Below are positions 38,871 to 51,229 of a DNA stretch of 64,000 bases, in pieces; within the stretch, counting starts at the first letter, position 1; each line of letters starts with the position of its first letter. The DNA is from Sphyrna mokarran (lineage: Eukaryota), in assembly GCA_024679065.1 (NCBI GenBank), contig JAGIQG010000013.1, forward strand, positions 53,072,001 to 53,136,000, read 5' to 3'. Made by a program: the position numbers and the translations under genes. The notes below the pieces were generated by a model. It was not told the DNA's origin. It saw nothing but the letters and a program-made list of their open reading frames with translations, and made no database searches.

Positions 38871-39933
38871 AAACATTAATTTGTTCCTGCTTGAAATGAT
38901 ACATTGGTGACCAATAGCATAACAACATACAACAGTAAGTGACCAAGGTTTTACAAGTGTGCCCTCACCACCCGATAAAATTGGGAAGTCTCAAACAAAG
39001 TGTATAAGAAGGGTGCAGTTAAAAACAAACAATTTTAAAGATAAAAGTGAACAGTGTACGAGCAATAAGGACAGATAAAAATGCATAGATCAGGCAAACA
39101 AGTGTTTCTGGAATAGTTTTGTTGTTCAAGATGGGTGATAAACTTGACGAGGATGACCTTGTTTTTTGATATTCTTATCGTTATTTGTATTTATCTAATA
39201 AATCCCTTATCTAATATACCATTTATCTAATAAGCCATAACCGCCTAAGGCCACAATAGCTGAATAAAAATAAGCATGAAATATTGATTATGTGATGTTA
39301 AAAGTAAGTTGTAAAAGCATTAAGATCAAAAGATAGGTAAAGACTGATGGTGGTGAAAAATTCACGATCTCTACATGTGACTGGAGAGACTGAATTTGTG
39401 CAAGAGGTTGTGTGAGGAATTATCATTTAAATAAAGTCAAAATGCAGCATGGTATCTTTGGAACTTGGAGGAAACAAATGAAGCAGGATCAGAGGAATAT
39501 GACCACTTATGCAGAGATAAAATGATCAAGTGGCAAGGAGAGAGATGCAATGACAGACAGATATTTAACATCAAAGTTTCATGAAGGCAGCTTTAGAAAA
39601 TGAAGCAGCTGGAGGAATTTAATTTCAGATCAGAGAAGGGCCAAAGGTTTCTCCTTCTAACAAACTAAAATATTTCAACACAAATCCTGTAAATGACATT
39701 GCAGAAAATCTATTAATATTTCAGTACTATAAGATGATATCTGAGACAGCCAATAGCGTATCGATCAATACCCTAGCAGTAACAACATGATTTCCAATAA
39801 CGCTGATTTATTATACAATAGGGAATAAGTTAACAAGTTACTCACTATGGAGTAACTGTTGATAGAATAAACAAGGGCTAGGGTTGGGAAGAAGTAGGAG
39901 AACTGTATATTTTTTAATAATGGTTCCAGAGAT

Positions 39934-40221
39934 TTAGACAGAGGGAGGTGGACTCAATCTGCAGCCAAAGGTTTGCGGTGGTAGCTGTTGGTTAGATTTC
40001 CAAGAATAGGGGAGAAAACAGAATGTAAGGTCTATATTGTCTATTTCACAAATCAATTCAGGAAGAATTGTGGATGAAAACCAGGTAGGAAGCCATTCTT
40101 TTAAGTTTGCATCATTTTGTCCACTGAAACCTGGGAGCCCAAATATTTGTGGCAAATTCAAAGTAAATGATACTGATGAGATAGTAATAACAGGCCTTGC
40201 ATCGCAAGCCATTCTTGCCAT
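39934..40221 (-). mobile_element. Possible ancient L1 ORF1 relic
   Basis: IFGLPGFSGQNDANLKEWLPTWF...EID...PPQTFGCRL resembles the L1 ORF1p RRM pattern (IxGLPExxE...FLxxWLP...EIERAH...PPRxxIxR). Confidence 0.4.
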
Positions 40222-43200
40222 AGAAACACAACTAGAATGACGCTAACTTGCTGCTGGTGTCCAGCAATGCATTAGCAAGAAGATTAATTGAACTGCTGGT
40301 CACAGTGAAATTTGTAATGTAATGAGTTGATAATAGTTATGCCATTAAGTGATATCAACCATGATGCATCAGTGAGATCAACTCATGAGTATGGAACATT
40401 CTGTACTCAGGAGGAGCATACCTGCTCTGCAACCTATCTTGCATATTAGATGTCTGTAAATTAATTTAAAACAGGTACCAGAGTAAGACTATAGTGTACT
40501 TAGGGAAGATAGATCATGCAAAGTAGAAGCCAACAACTATGCCAAAAGTATACAAAACAGAACTTAATGTATTCTTTTAAATCAGACCCTTTTCAGCCAC
40601 CTTGCAGTAAATCGCTCCACTACTGCATACATCCAAGGCCAATAATTTTTCCACTCTACCACCACCTCCTCTCTTCAACAGCCAGCTCTTACCATGGCTA
40701 CTGAATACCATTAAAATTATTTAAATGGCCGTGCTCTAGAATATTTACCGGAGACAGTGAGTGAGAAAGTTGGCTGTGCATTAAATCTAACTTACCATCT
40801 CCTGCTCCAGGTTGCATCCTGGAAGATTTGAGAACCTAAAAATATCAATATTCAGCTGAGAAAGAGATCATTAAAGAGTAGCAATTCTATCAGTATAGCA
40901 CAAGAGAATGGATAAGGCACAGTAGAAATGTAGGAATTTAATGTCGAGTGAAATCAACAAGTAAAGAATGAACAGAGTTCAGTACAAGTAAAACTGTGAA
41001 CAAGAAATATGGGAGAAATTACACTGCCCTGGAGAACCCCAGAGTTAATGCAACAAAACAGTTAGGTTTAGGGATCTCAGGACAGGGTGTAGCAATTCGA
41101 GAAGCAGCTATAAAAATATTTTTTCTTACAATCCACATAATAGTAATTTCTTCAGAACTATCAAATGGCAGATTCTGTTAAGGGCTGTGGAAGCATTCAA
41201 AGAAATGACTGTGTTCTAGGGCTGAGCTCCAGATGTACATACTATGTGCAACAGCAGCAGTGGAATTGTCACAACAAAAATTATTCAACCAATCTGAAAT
41301 TAAGCCAGAATTTAAGTCAATATATAATTTTAATGTTAGCCACAACTCACTAACAGATTTAGGCTAACAGGTGTAATTTTCAGGACTCATACTTGTGTGT
41401 AGATTTTCAGTTGATGTTAAAATGATGATTATCTATGGGTAACATATGTTAAAGTGATAAACCTCTATGCATCTCTCAAACTTGTGTAAACCAGACAAGT
41501 ACTCCATAACAGCACTGGCAAACTTGTGCATTTGTATTAAATACCATTTCTGAGAACCCCCTTACCAAGCGCTCCCTGGCTCCACATTAGGAAAGTACTC
41601 ATTGCATTAAAGGCAGCCTTTTGACTTGCTGTTGGTAGCAAACAATGTTGCTTTGGTATCATTTCAGAGCAACACATGCTGCCCCAGGAAACTACACAGA
41701 TGCAGTGACCTCACTTTATCCTGTGTACACATTTATGTGCAAGGTGCTGTAGAGTGAATCACAGTCTGGTTTGGTGCAATACAGATGCTAGCTGTCAGTG
41801 TTCATGCAATCGAAGACTTAGCAGGGGATGGGAATTATGCTTGGAGCTCGAGACAGTGATACGTATGGGCTTGTTGAGTCTTCGGCAGTATTGTCCAATC
41901 TTGTACGAAGAACAGGAGTTTGCTGATTCCCTGCAGAATCAACTATAAACATAGATTCTGACACAGCAGATGAGATTTTGGAATTGGTTGATCATTGTAC
42001 ATTATAAGCCTCTCTGTTGATAGATTGATCTGGGAATTCAGAGAACTTATGGGCTGAGTTTGGAATCCGATGCATGAATTTGAAGTTAATTGAATCATTC
42101 AAAATGGTGCAAACTGTGCATTTGGAATTGTAATGCATATTTTTCCCACAATCAGTTATTTTCAAGTTTTAACTTGCATTAATATAATCTAAAAAGATAC
42201 AACTTGCAGATTATTCCATTTCTCAAAATTGCGACAGATTAACTTGAAGCGACACATGTAGGCAGGTATGTGTGCCACATTCTAAGCATACTGGGGAGAA
42301 ATTCATTGGTGAAGCACCATGCACTATGAGTAAATGCACAATGCCTTATGGGGTGCATCGTCTGCAATCTGAGGTGCCTCACCTTCTTTGAAAACAGCAG
42401 CTAAAAAGAGTAATAGCTTATGTAGAGGTTTGGTGTATATAAACTGGGACCAAGTTTTCCAGCTCTGCCCACCAGCAGTAGAATCCAGTCCCACCAAATT
42501 TCCCGCAGGAGGGGGGTCTCGTGATAGGTCCGGAAAATCCTATCCAAACTGATAGTAGCACTAAGTTTACAAAATAGTGGAATATTCATAGAAGTAAATT
42601 CTGTTCATGATTACAAATTGACAGAAGGGTGAATCTCTTCAGAAAAGCACACTAAATTGTTTTGCTTTTATGCTGTTGCACTTCTCCTTTGATAACATTG
42701 GTTCATGCTGGTAGTGCCATTTCCCATTATACCACAGTGGTAACCAACCCCTGCACTGGAAGGGAGGTTATGAGCATCAGTGACATTTTTGATTGATTTT
42801 GAATCAATGCACAGGACTTTTGGATAAAATAAGTTTTGTTTTTCCCTGCATCAGATGTGGAGAATTTCCTTATTCTGAAATAACTGAAGTTAAAATGAAA
42901 GCGAGCTCTAAAATGTCAAAATGGAGACCAGGGCCAATAATCCAGGATGTAAGATCCACAAATTAGTGAAGAGACAGTGCCATGCCAGGTGCTGATAAAT
43001 TTATACATGACAAAGTATTAGTACACATGCAAGATTTGGAAGTGATCAGATGCATCACGCACAGCATGTTCCATTGTATCTTGATCATAGTTGATTGACA
43101 TTTCAATTCACATGACATTTTGGACTGGATTGGGGTAAATATTAGAGGTGATTAGGAATCCCTTCACTCATGTGCAACCTCACATTGAGAAGTCTACAAA

Positions 43201-43639
43201 GGTTTCTACCCAAAAATCTTATGGATTAATCGACTTGTACAGACTATTTCTGTGAAGAATACTTGAAATACTTTTTGGCCTAATTCTATTTTTTTTTGCT
43301 ATTTTGTACCTTCAATAAATTGTGTCTTACTACTAACAGTGTATCATGAAACTTGCAAATCTACTTGTTCTTAGAATGAATTCAATGTCCTGAGAACATG
43401 GTAACCATTTACCAATTTATGTGGCAAATTATGACAATTTAGGTTTTGAACATGCAAGAGTGATATTTGATATTTGCTGGTCCTTGTGATTCCCTCCTCC
43501 CCTGCCCATCAACCTATCCTGTAACAGTGTTACCGCAACATTCTAGAAAGGAACAATCTTTGCTTCCTACTTTTTACAGGTTTCCCCTTTGCAACATCAC
43601 CTTCAAATACGGAATCAGCTTCTATATATATGTAGTGAT

Positions 43640-44080
43640 ATGCAGTGCTGTCAAACTTCGTCCAACATCTGATAAGGGATCAGCCATTGCCTTTGGCCTC
43701 CATCACAAACATTGCACTCTTACCATTGGTTCCATCCCATTATCATTTTAGGCAGAATCAGACTACTTGCAATCTCAGCATCTTTTATCAATATATAACT
43801 GAGCTTCTGATGCCCCATCGTTCCCTCATCACAAAGATTGCTTATTTGCATCTCCATAACATTTCCCATCTCTTCACATTAGCTCAGACCATCTGCAGCT
43901 CAAATCTTCAAATTATCTATACTTTATGATTTCAGTACTCAGGTTTTTATCCTCCATCCTCTTAACTTCAGCTCCCTCATATTCTGTCCTGTGCCAAGTC
44001 CTGCTTTCCCACCATCCCTATCCTTGCCAATAAGCTTGGCTCCAATTAGAAAATTTCTTGTCAATGTACTTGGATCTTTT
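43640..44080 (+). mobile_element. L2 LINE fragment
   Basis: LITKIAYLHLHNISHL resembles the L2 motif ITKxAYFHLRNIARL. Confidence 0.7.
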
Positions 44081-45479
44081 GTCTGGAGAATCAATGAAAC
44101 TAATAGACACTGAAAATGACCCGTTCTTTTGCAATACCTTCATTCCTTGGATGAAGCAAACTAATTATTTTTTCTTTGCCATTCTGTAAGAATTGAGCCT
44201 AATTAGGAGAAAATATTGCATATTAGTTTCTTAAATATCATGCAAACTCCCATTGTTCAGAAGTTCAAAATAGGCTACATAGTAGCCATAGTTCGCTCGT
44301 CAGATTGGGTGTGAACTTTTCGCAATTTAGCTCAAAATAATTATGGTCAAATGCTTTCCTGTCCTGAGTGCAATCATGATAATGCTTCCACTCACGGGGT
44401 CATTCCGTGCAATTTTCATCACTCTGTTACCGTGACGTTAACCTGAAGCCATGTGTTCACATCACCATCTGCTGGTCCGTTGGGGAAATGGCTTGATTCT
44501 GGTTTCATCCACACTTATTTACTAACTACAGCAGGGTTAAAAAAAATTACAGATTAAAAATAATAGGCAGCTCTTCATAATAGACAGAATTATTTTCAGT
44601 GTTGCATAACTGCTTTGTCTCTTCCATGTGAATCAGATTCAAAAAACGCTTTATATTCAAGACCCTCAGGAAACTAAAGCAAAGAATGTCGATTTTACAA
44701 AATTTATAAATTATTTTCTCACATTTCCAATAATATAATGCGAGAAGCTGCCTCAATCTGTAGAAATGTCTCAATTATGTGGGAACAAGATTTTTTTTTT
44801 AATAAAAGAACCACAACTACAAAGGTTCCTATAATTCTTGAAAAAAAATAAATTGTTCAGAAAAACCAAGTCACTGGTGTGGCAGAATCACAAAACTATG
44901 GAATAGGTCCCAATGGTCTCTAAACATGGGAGCAGATCATGCAATCATAGCATGATACAGCATTAAAGGAAGCCATTTGGCTCAATATACTCCTTCAAAG
45001 AGCAGTCCAATTATTCACTTGCCACTGCTCATACTTTGATACCAAATTAGATATCAAGACACCACATACTGCTGTAAAATTATACTGGCCTATGCATAAG
45101 TGAATTTTGTAAGAGGCAAAGACAAAAAAGAATTGAAAAATGTGACCTTAGCAAATGTGCAACAATGCATTATGTAAGCTCAGCTGAGATTGTGTTATAC
45201 TATTAGAATAGAACCTGCTTTCCCAACAAGCTTTCAAAGTAGCTGGAGCCTGCGAACCTGGTTTTGTTACTTGCGTGTCATTTAGTATAAAGATGTCAGA
45301 CTGTTATCAGTCAAAGCATTAAAACTTATTATAAAAAGCACTCAGGTGTATATCAAAGCAGAGTTATGATTGAAGGACTAACAATCTTGGCTTCCATCGT
45401 AACCATAGTCAAACATTACTTAAACTTCTATTTATGAAGTCAAGGATCCTTAGTAATCTTTCATAAATCTTTTTTCAAA

Positions 45480-46010
45480 TATTTACAGAGGTACAACTAG
45501 CAACCTCCCTGCCCCAGAATCCACTTCAAAATTGTACCTTTTAATTTATACTGCCTCTCCTCATTCTTCGCAACAAAATGAATCACTCTGCCTTAATGCC
45601 AATTTCATCAGGCCCTCTGCTTCCTCTTAAAGCCTGGCACTATCATTCTCATAATTTATTACATTTTTGAATTTCACATCATCTGTAACCTTTGAAATTT
45701 GCTCTGTATACCTACGTATCATTCATTCATATATCAAAAATTACAGCTGTCCTAACATATGACTGTGAAGAGACACCAATACATATTTTACTCCCATTTA
45801 TAAAACAACCATTCATTATCACTCTCTTCTTTTTATCCTTTTGCCACTTTCATATGCATGCAGCAACTGTTTTTTTTAATTCCATGAACTTTAATTTTAC
45901 TGACAAATCTATCATGCGGTCCTTCATTAAACAACTTTTGAAAGTCCATCTGGACAACATCAGCAGCATTACCATCATCCACCCATTCCATTACTTCAAA
46001 GCATTTTGGA
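45480..46010 (-). mobile_element. CR1 RT fragment
   Basis: VDDGNAADVVQMDFQKLFNEGPHDRFVSKIKVHGIK. Confidence 0.8.
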
Positions 46011-46599
46011 AGAAAAGATAATGCAATGAGCATGCTTGCACACACACAAAACTATCCCATTGATTATAACAGAAATATTTCAGCCTTGTAGTATATCACA
46101 ATGGTATTTCATCCATCACCACTGCAGTCTTTGGTGTGAAGACTTCATGAAGTTAATACTAGTCGAGTATTTCATTAAATTATTCCCGTTCTATCCCATG
46201 TACTTTCAAGATCAAGATAATAATGCTTCAAAAGATATTTTGACAACATAGAATGAAAATGAAGGACAATCAAAAATACAAAGCAGTAAAATTAACAGAA
46301 AGATGTTTGGTACCTTTTTGCCATTCACTAACTCATTATCCTTTTCAAATCTTCAACCAATTACTTTAAAAAAGGAAGGGAGGATGAGGGTGGAGTGGGG
46401 CTTGAAGAAAGGCACTTTTTGTAAATGATTAGTTACTGTTGCATAGTGAACACAAATATCTTTGTAATACGATGTAGACCATGCCTTCTTGCCAAATTCT
46501 TGGAAGTTTCCAAAGAGAGAGCTCCCAGTAGTATAGAATCTTTCAAATCCTATTTCTTATGTTCTTCAGTATTTTTGAAAGATAGTCAGTGTTGTATCA

Positions 46600-46928
46600 T
46601 AGAGAAATATGACAACAAACTGCACACAGTAAGAACTTACAAACAGCAGAGATAAATGACTTGATAAATTTATTTTTGATCATGTTGGTTAAGGATGAAT
46701 TTTGACCATGACATCAGGAGTAATTCAGGTTCTTCTTCAAATAGTGTAAAGAGATCAGTGAAGCCTTTACATTCATCTAAAAGATGGAACTGTTACATTG
46801 CAACATCCTCTCAGTTTTGCATGAATTTTGGAGCCTTGATTAGATGCTTAGACCATTGAAATAATGCTTGAATTCACAAGCTTCAGAATCAGAGATGAGA
46901 ATGATCCAAATGAACTACAATTGACATC
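46600..46928 (-). mobile_element. DeuSINE (SacSINE1-like), decayed
   Basis: Same family and orientation as 2170-2455 (cttcttcaaatagtg...catctaaaagatgg...gcttgaattcacaagcttcagaatcagag). Confidence 0.65.
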
Positions 46929-47058
46929 TAGATAAACAATAAACAAAAGCTCACAACCAGAGGATCATTTTGGTGCTTCCCCAACATTTGGAGATTTTTA
47001 ACACTTCTAATTGTAAGAATTTGAAAATTGAACCTGTTTTATATTTCCACTGAGTCAT

Positions 47059-47183
47059 GGGGTAGAATTTTCCTATCTCGCCTGTCTTGAGAATCGTAGT
47101 GAGCAGGGGCAGATCATGCAACTGTCCATTGACCTCGGAAGGTACGTACTGGCCTTGGGTGAGCGCTTTCGGAAAATCCCATC
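47059..47183. mobile_element. Short MITE (Harbinger-like termini)
   Basis: ggggtagaattttcc...ggaaaatccc. Related to 24622-24743, 9755-9867 and about 15833-15915. Confidence 0.6.
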
Positions 47184-47199
47184 AATTATGTCAACAACC

Positions 47200-47610
47200 T
47201 TGCAACTGTGATGGTTATTTCTGATTCAGTTCTCTCATCAACTCTCCTTGAAAACTCTCCTGAAGTCCTTGACGCCTTGTTCAATACAGTTTTGCAGGAG
47301 TTAAGCAGCCTCAGTGAATATCAGCAGAGTATTAACTGCAGGGGATGTTAGAACTAAACATAATCTGTCTTCAACCGTGGCTCAAACTTGCACAATTTTA
47401 AGGAAGCAATTGATTTGCAATCAATAGTAGAAACACTAATTAATTTCCCTTTCCTAATCTAGAAGCATTGAGTTTAATTGTCACATCTCTATCACTAACT
47501 CGCTTGAGATCAATTCTCCCAGAAAAGAGGGAGATCAAAACCTGAATATTCCTGGTCTGTTTAACTGAAATTATTCATTGGCTAAAGTTGTTTGGTAAAC
47601 CAGGGAGCTA
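47200..47610 (-). mobile_element. Old interspersed repeat, probably a SINE (not named)
   Basis: Shares atcaaaacctgaatattcctggtctgt with atcaaatctgggacctttctgatctgt at about 6990-7150. Confidence 0.35.
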
Positions 47611-49029
47611 ATAATTTTCCAAAGCAAAGGATAAACATTACAGGAATAGGGCCATAATAAAATTAGACCCATTATTTATTGAGGTCATGTATCCAGAAAG
47701 TTTAATGGTGACTTTCCTGACAATGGAAATTCTTCTTCTGAAGAATGGCAGAATGCTGATCTTGTGTGTGGAAAAACACTCTGCTATGGAAACTGCTACG
47801 TAACATGAGATTTTTAATAATACAATTATTCATGAAAATAATAATTTTATTCCTTCAGATTTGTCTTGGATCCTCATTCTACAACCTGAAGATTCAAAAT
47901 TAAAAGATGAGAGAAAAATACACTCAAATCAGCAGGTCAGAGACATTTTCAAACATCTCAACATATCTACAAAGATCTGACAAACTCTCAGAAAACTTCA
48001 GAAGAACGTAGGGAAAGTAAAATTGGCACTTAGCCTAGAAGGTATAATTTTGCTAAGTTGTAAGTTGGACGAAGACCATTTCAACCGAGTACAACTTCTG
48101 TAGTAATCTGAACTCACAAATTTGGTGGGTGAGGGAATTCCGAATGTTTTAAAGGTTGATCTATTTCTAAAATGTAGTTTGGCATTCAATTTAATGTTCA
48201 TCTTCATTTGTAGCTTCTTTCACAACACTAGACAGCGGTAAACAAGTTGCCTGCAGTTAGTTGGGTGGTTAGTTAGAATTAGATATTTGGACAGGTCGGA
48301 CTGCCTCTGGAATTCTCACTAGTGCAAAAACAAGAGACTTTAAATGTCAAATGAAGTTCTGCTTGTCAGAGTACTTAACTTGGGAAATTGATGAGTGAGG
48401 GAGTTACATGCAAGGGAAGAGGTGCTATTCTTGTCTTTTACATGACAAACAGTTGAGCAAGAAATTGAGAACAAGATAGCAAGACACAAGAACTGAGGAC
48501 TGTTCAAATAAGCAGATAGGTTGTTGGTTTGTGAGTTTTATAGTTTTTTTTCTTCTAAAATGGGGCAGTACTTTAAACGTGAACTCAAAGTAAGTACTCT
48601 ATATGATGATCTAGGCCAGTCACCATTGTGTGAATCAATATTCATTGCACTTCTGAACTCAGCAGTTGAGTTCCTTTTTAACAACACCATATGTCCACGT
48701 ATATGGTGCTGCAATGAGATCCCCTCTAGGCCCATCTCTCATAAGCATCTTTATTGGTTTCATAAGAAACATGTTTATGATCGACTGACACCTAACCTCC
48801 AACCTCATGCTTATTTCCTAATGTGGATGATACGTTCATTATATTTCAATCGCAGCTGCATGAATAATTTTCTTACATGCAATAATGGGCTGCACCCTTT
48901 GCTCAAATCATCTTTGAAAGGAGGTGCAGTCAAATGAACTCCCTTTCCCTGATGTACTAGTTGACAAACCCACCAGAGTTTCTCTACTCTGGTGTTTCGG
49001 AAGCCCACTTTCATTCGTCAAGTTCACTG

Positions 49030-50070
49030 GTCAACTATAAGAATCCTATGTATGTTGGGATTCTTATAATTCCATGTGCAATAAGACTGATCTTATTAGC
49101 AATCTTTTAAATGGGGTCTGAATCATTTTCTCATCTTGCAGGCTTGATGCTAAATTAGATGCATCAATTCCAACCTGCAGGGTAATGACTATCCTGGTCA
49201 GATCATTTTGTGCTGTGTATTATGCAAAATCTAGCTGGATCTAAAGCCATCATCTCTGGCTCTGAAACGTGCCCAATATCCCTCAGATGATATTAAAAAG
49301 GTAAGGTATCCCAAACATTTAAGCAACATGTGAAAGTAAGCTGTTTCACACTCCAATCAGTAACAACTTTAGTGGCATTCACAATAACAGAATGCTGCAG
49401 TCAAACCAAAAATACATTCTGCCTATCACTCAAACGAGTAACGTGGTGTATAAATTTCAGTGTCAATGTGATGCTAGGTATGTAGGTCATATGTCACAAA
49501 GACTGGCAGATGGTATCAAACAGCATGTTCCAGTTGTTGTTCACTGACCATGTTCAACAAGCCTGTGCTTACAATACTTAAAACACAGTGTCCAACATTA
49601 GATTTGATTCTGTAATTGGACAATATTTGCTAAATAATTCTCTGGTAAGAAATTTAAAAAATTGTCAGTCAAGCTTGAATGTGGTGCACTTGCATATACT
49701 CGGAGCCTTACATATTAATACACAGTGCTTTTTCTTTGCAGAAAGAAATAAAACACGAACACACTCTGTTTCAGCTAAACAAGTGACAGCCGTTCATTAA
49801 TTCATTTGCCAGGGTAATTGCCTTGGCCAATTAGGGTCAAGCTGCCTGGTTTAAATTTCAAACAATGCCTGGCAGTTATCTGTCAATCACCATCAACTGG
49901 TGTATTCCCCATGGCAATACTTCTACCAATCTGAATCCACTTGCCAATTAATCAGCATTTTCTTCTCATGCAGTGTAGGTTTTTGTTTTTCCCCTGATAC
50001 TGGTATTTTTGTAACGTAATAAGTGCAAGACAAAAAGCTTTGACATGTCTCTTTTCCCAGCAATACTACA
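49030..50070 (+). mobile_element. Penelope-like retroelement 3' part (GIY-YIG endonuclease)
   Basis: 49437-49532 translates SNVVYKFQCQCDARYVGHMSQRLADGIKQHVP, followed by DSVIGQYLLNN. Confidence 0.88.
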
Positions 50071-50159
50071 CATATACTCCTACACTTATAATATTAAGTT
50101 TAAATAAGCATTGTATTCAAGAATCACTCAACTAGTAAAACTCTAACTACAAATAATTG

Positions 50160-50366
50160 CAAAATACTGCAGATGCTGGTATCTGAGACAAAAATGCTGG
50201 AAAATCTCAGCAGGTCTGACAGCATCTGTGGAGAGAGAATAGAGCCAACATTTCAAATCTGGATGGTCTGTAAAGGATCACCTAAACTTGAAACGTTGGC
50301 TCTATTCTCTCTCCACAGATATTTCAAACCTGCTGAGATTTCCCAGCATTTTGTTTTTGTTGCAAG
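50160..50366. mobile_element. Palindromic Penelope pLTR-derived element
   Basis: About 70-bp inverted arms (about 50189-50258 and 50286-50356). Flanking 12-bp direct repeat TACAAATAATTG (50148-50159, 50367-50378). Confidence 0.8.
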
Positions 50367-51229
50367 TACAAATAATTGTTGAATGACATTTCAAACTTTG
50401 AAATCATAATTAGTTAGAATGCACCAAAGCAAGCAGGACAGGTGATCTGTTGTAGTTGTAGTACACGTAGACACCTAGCCAATGAATAGCAACTGTGCCT
50501 GCAGTATGTAGCTGCAACTCAAGGCACATCAACTCAGAGCTGAGTCGCTGCAGAGCCAAGCTTCAGACATTATGATGTGACAGGGAGGGAGAAACGTACC
50601 ATAGAGTTGATCGCAACAAATAATTTGCATGAAGTGACCTCATTTTTCAGTGCCAAAAATCATGCTCTGCATTTATTCAGTTTATATGTCAACCCACCTT
50701 TTCAATTATGAAATATAATTCTCATATTCTCAGGCATCAATTTTTCATCCCAGAAATGCATGTTTTACTTACTCTATACAGTATGTCAGTGCATGAGATC
50801 AAGCAACTGTTGCGGTCTGTGTTACGAAGTGATGTGTGGGAGTTTAAGACAACCACATAGAGTAACCCATGCATGGAATATTCAACTGAACAGATATAGA
50901 GAAATATGATTTATTACGCAGGAGCTATTCCAAAAGCAAAATGCCACAGCCAAAGAGACTCCAAAATAAATGCAATGATTTTTTTTTTGCATTGGATGCT
51001 GAAGACAATGGATCTAGCAGTTTAAATTACTTCAAATATTGTTAATGTTATCTTTGTATGGTTAATTAATTCAGTAAACTGTTAACTTGAATAGTAGTTT
51101 ATTTTTCCACACTCTAAAAAGGCAGCTACTCGCACCAGCAATTAATATTCTGTACTCAGAGTATAAGGTAACTCTGATATTCCTAAAAGGTTTTGAAGGC
51201 TTCAAAGGATTAATTATATATTTATATAT

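Noticed and set aside
40381-40460. Minus-strand ...MFHTHE, resembling the end of dystrophin exon 10 (duplicated exon?)
   Set aside because: Upstream residues do not match, no GT follows, and the real exon 10 is at 4866-5054. Coincidence.
42948-43437. TG...AATAAA...CA segment resembling another solo LTR
   Set aside because: No target-site duplication or clear inverted ends. The same applies to the LTR-like end near position 527.
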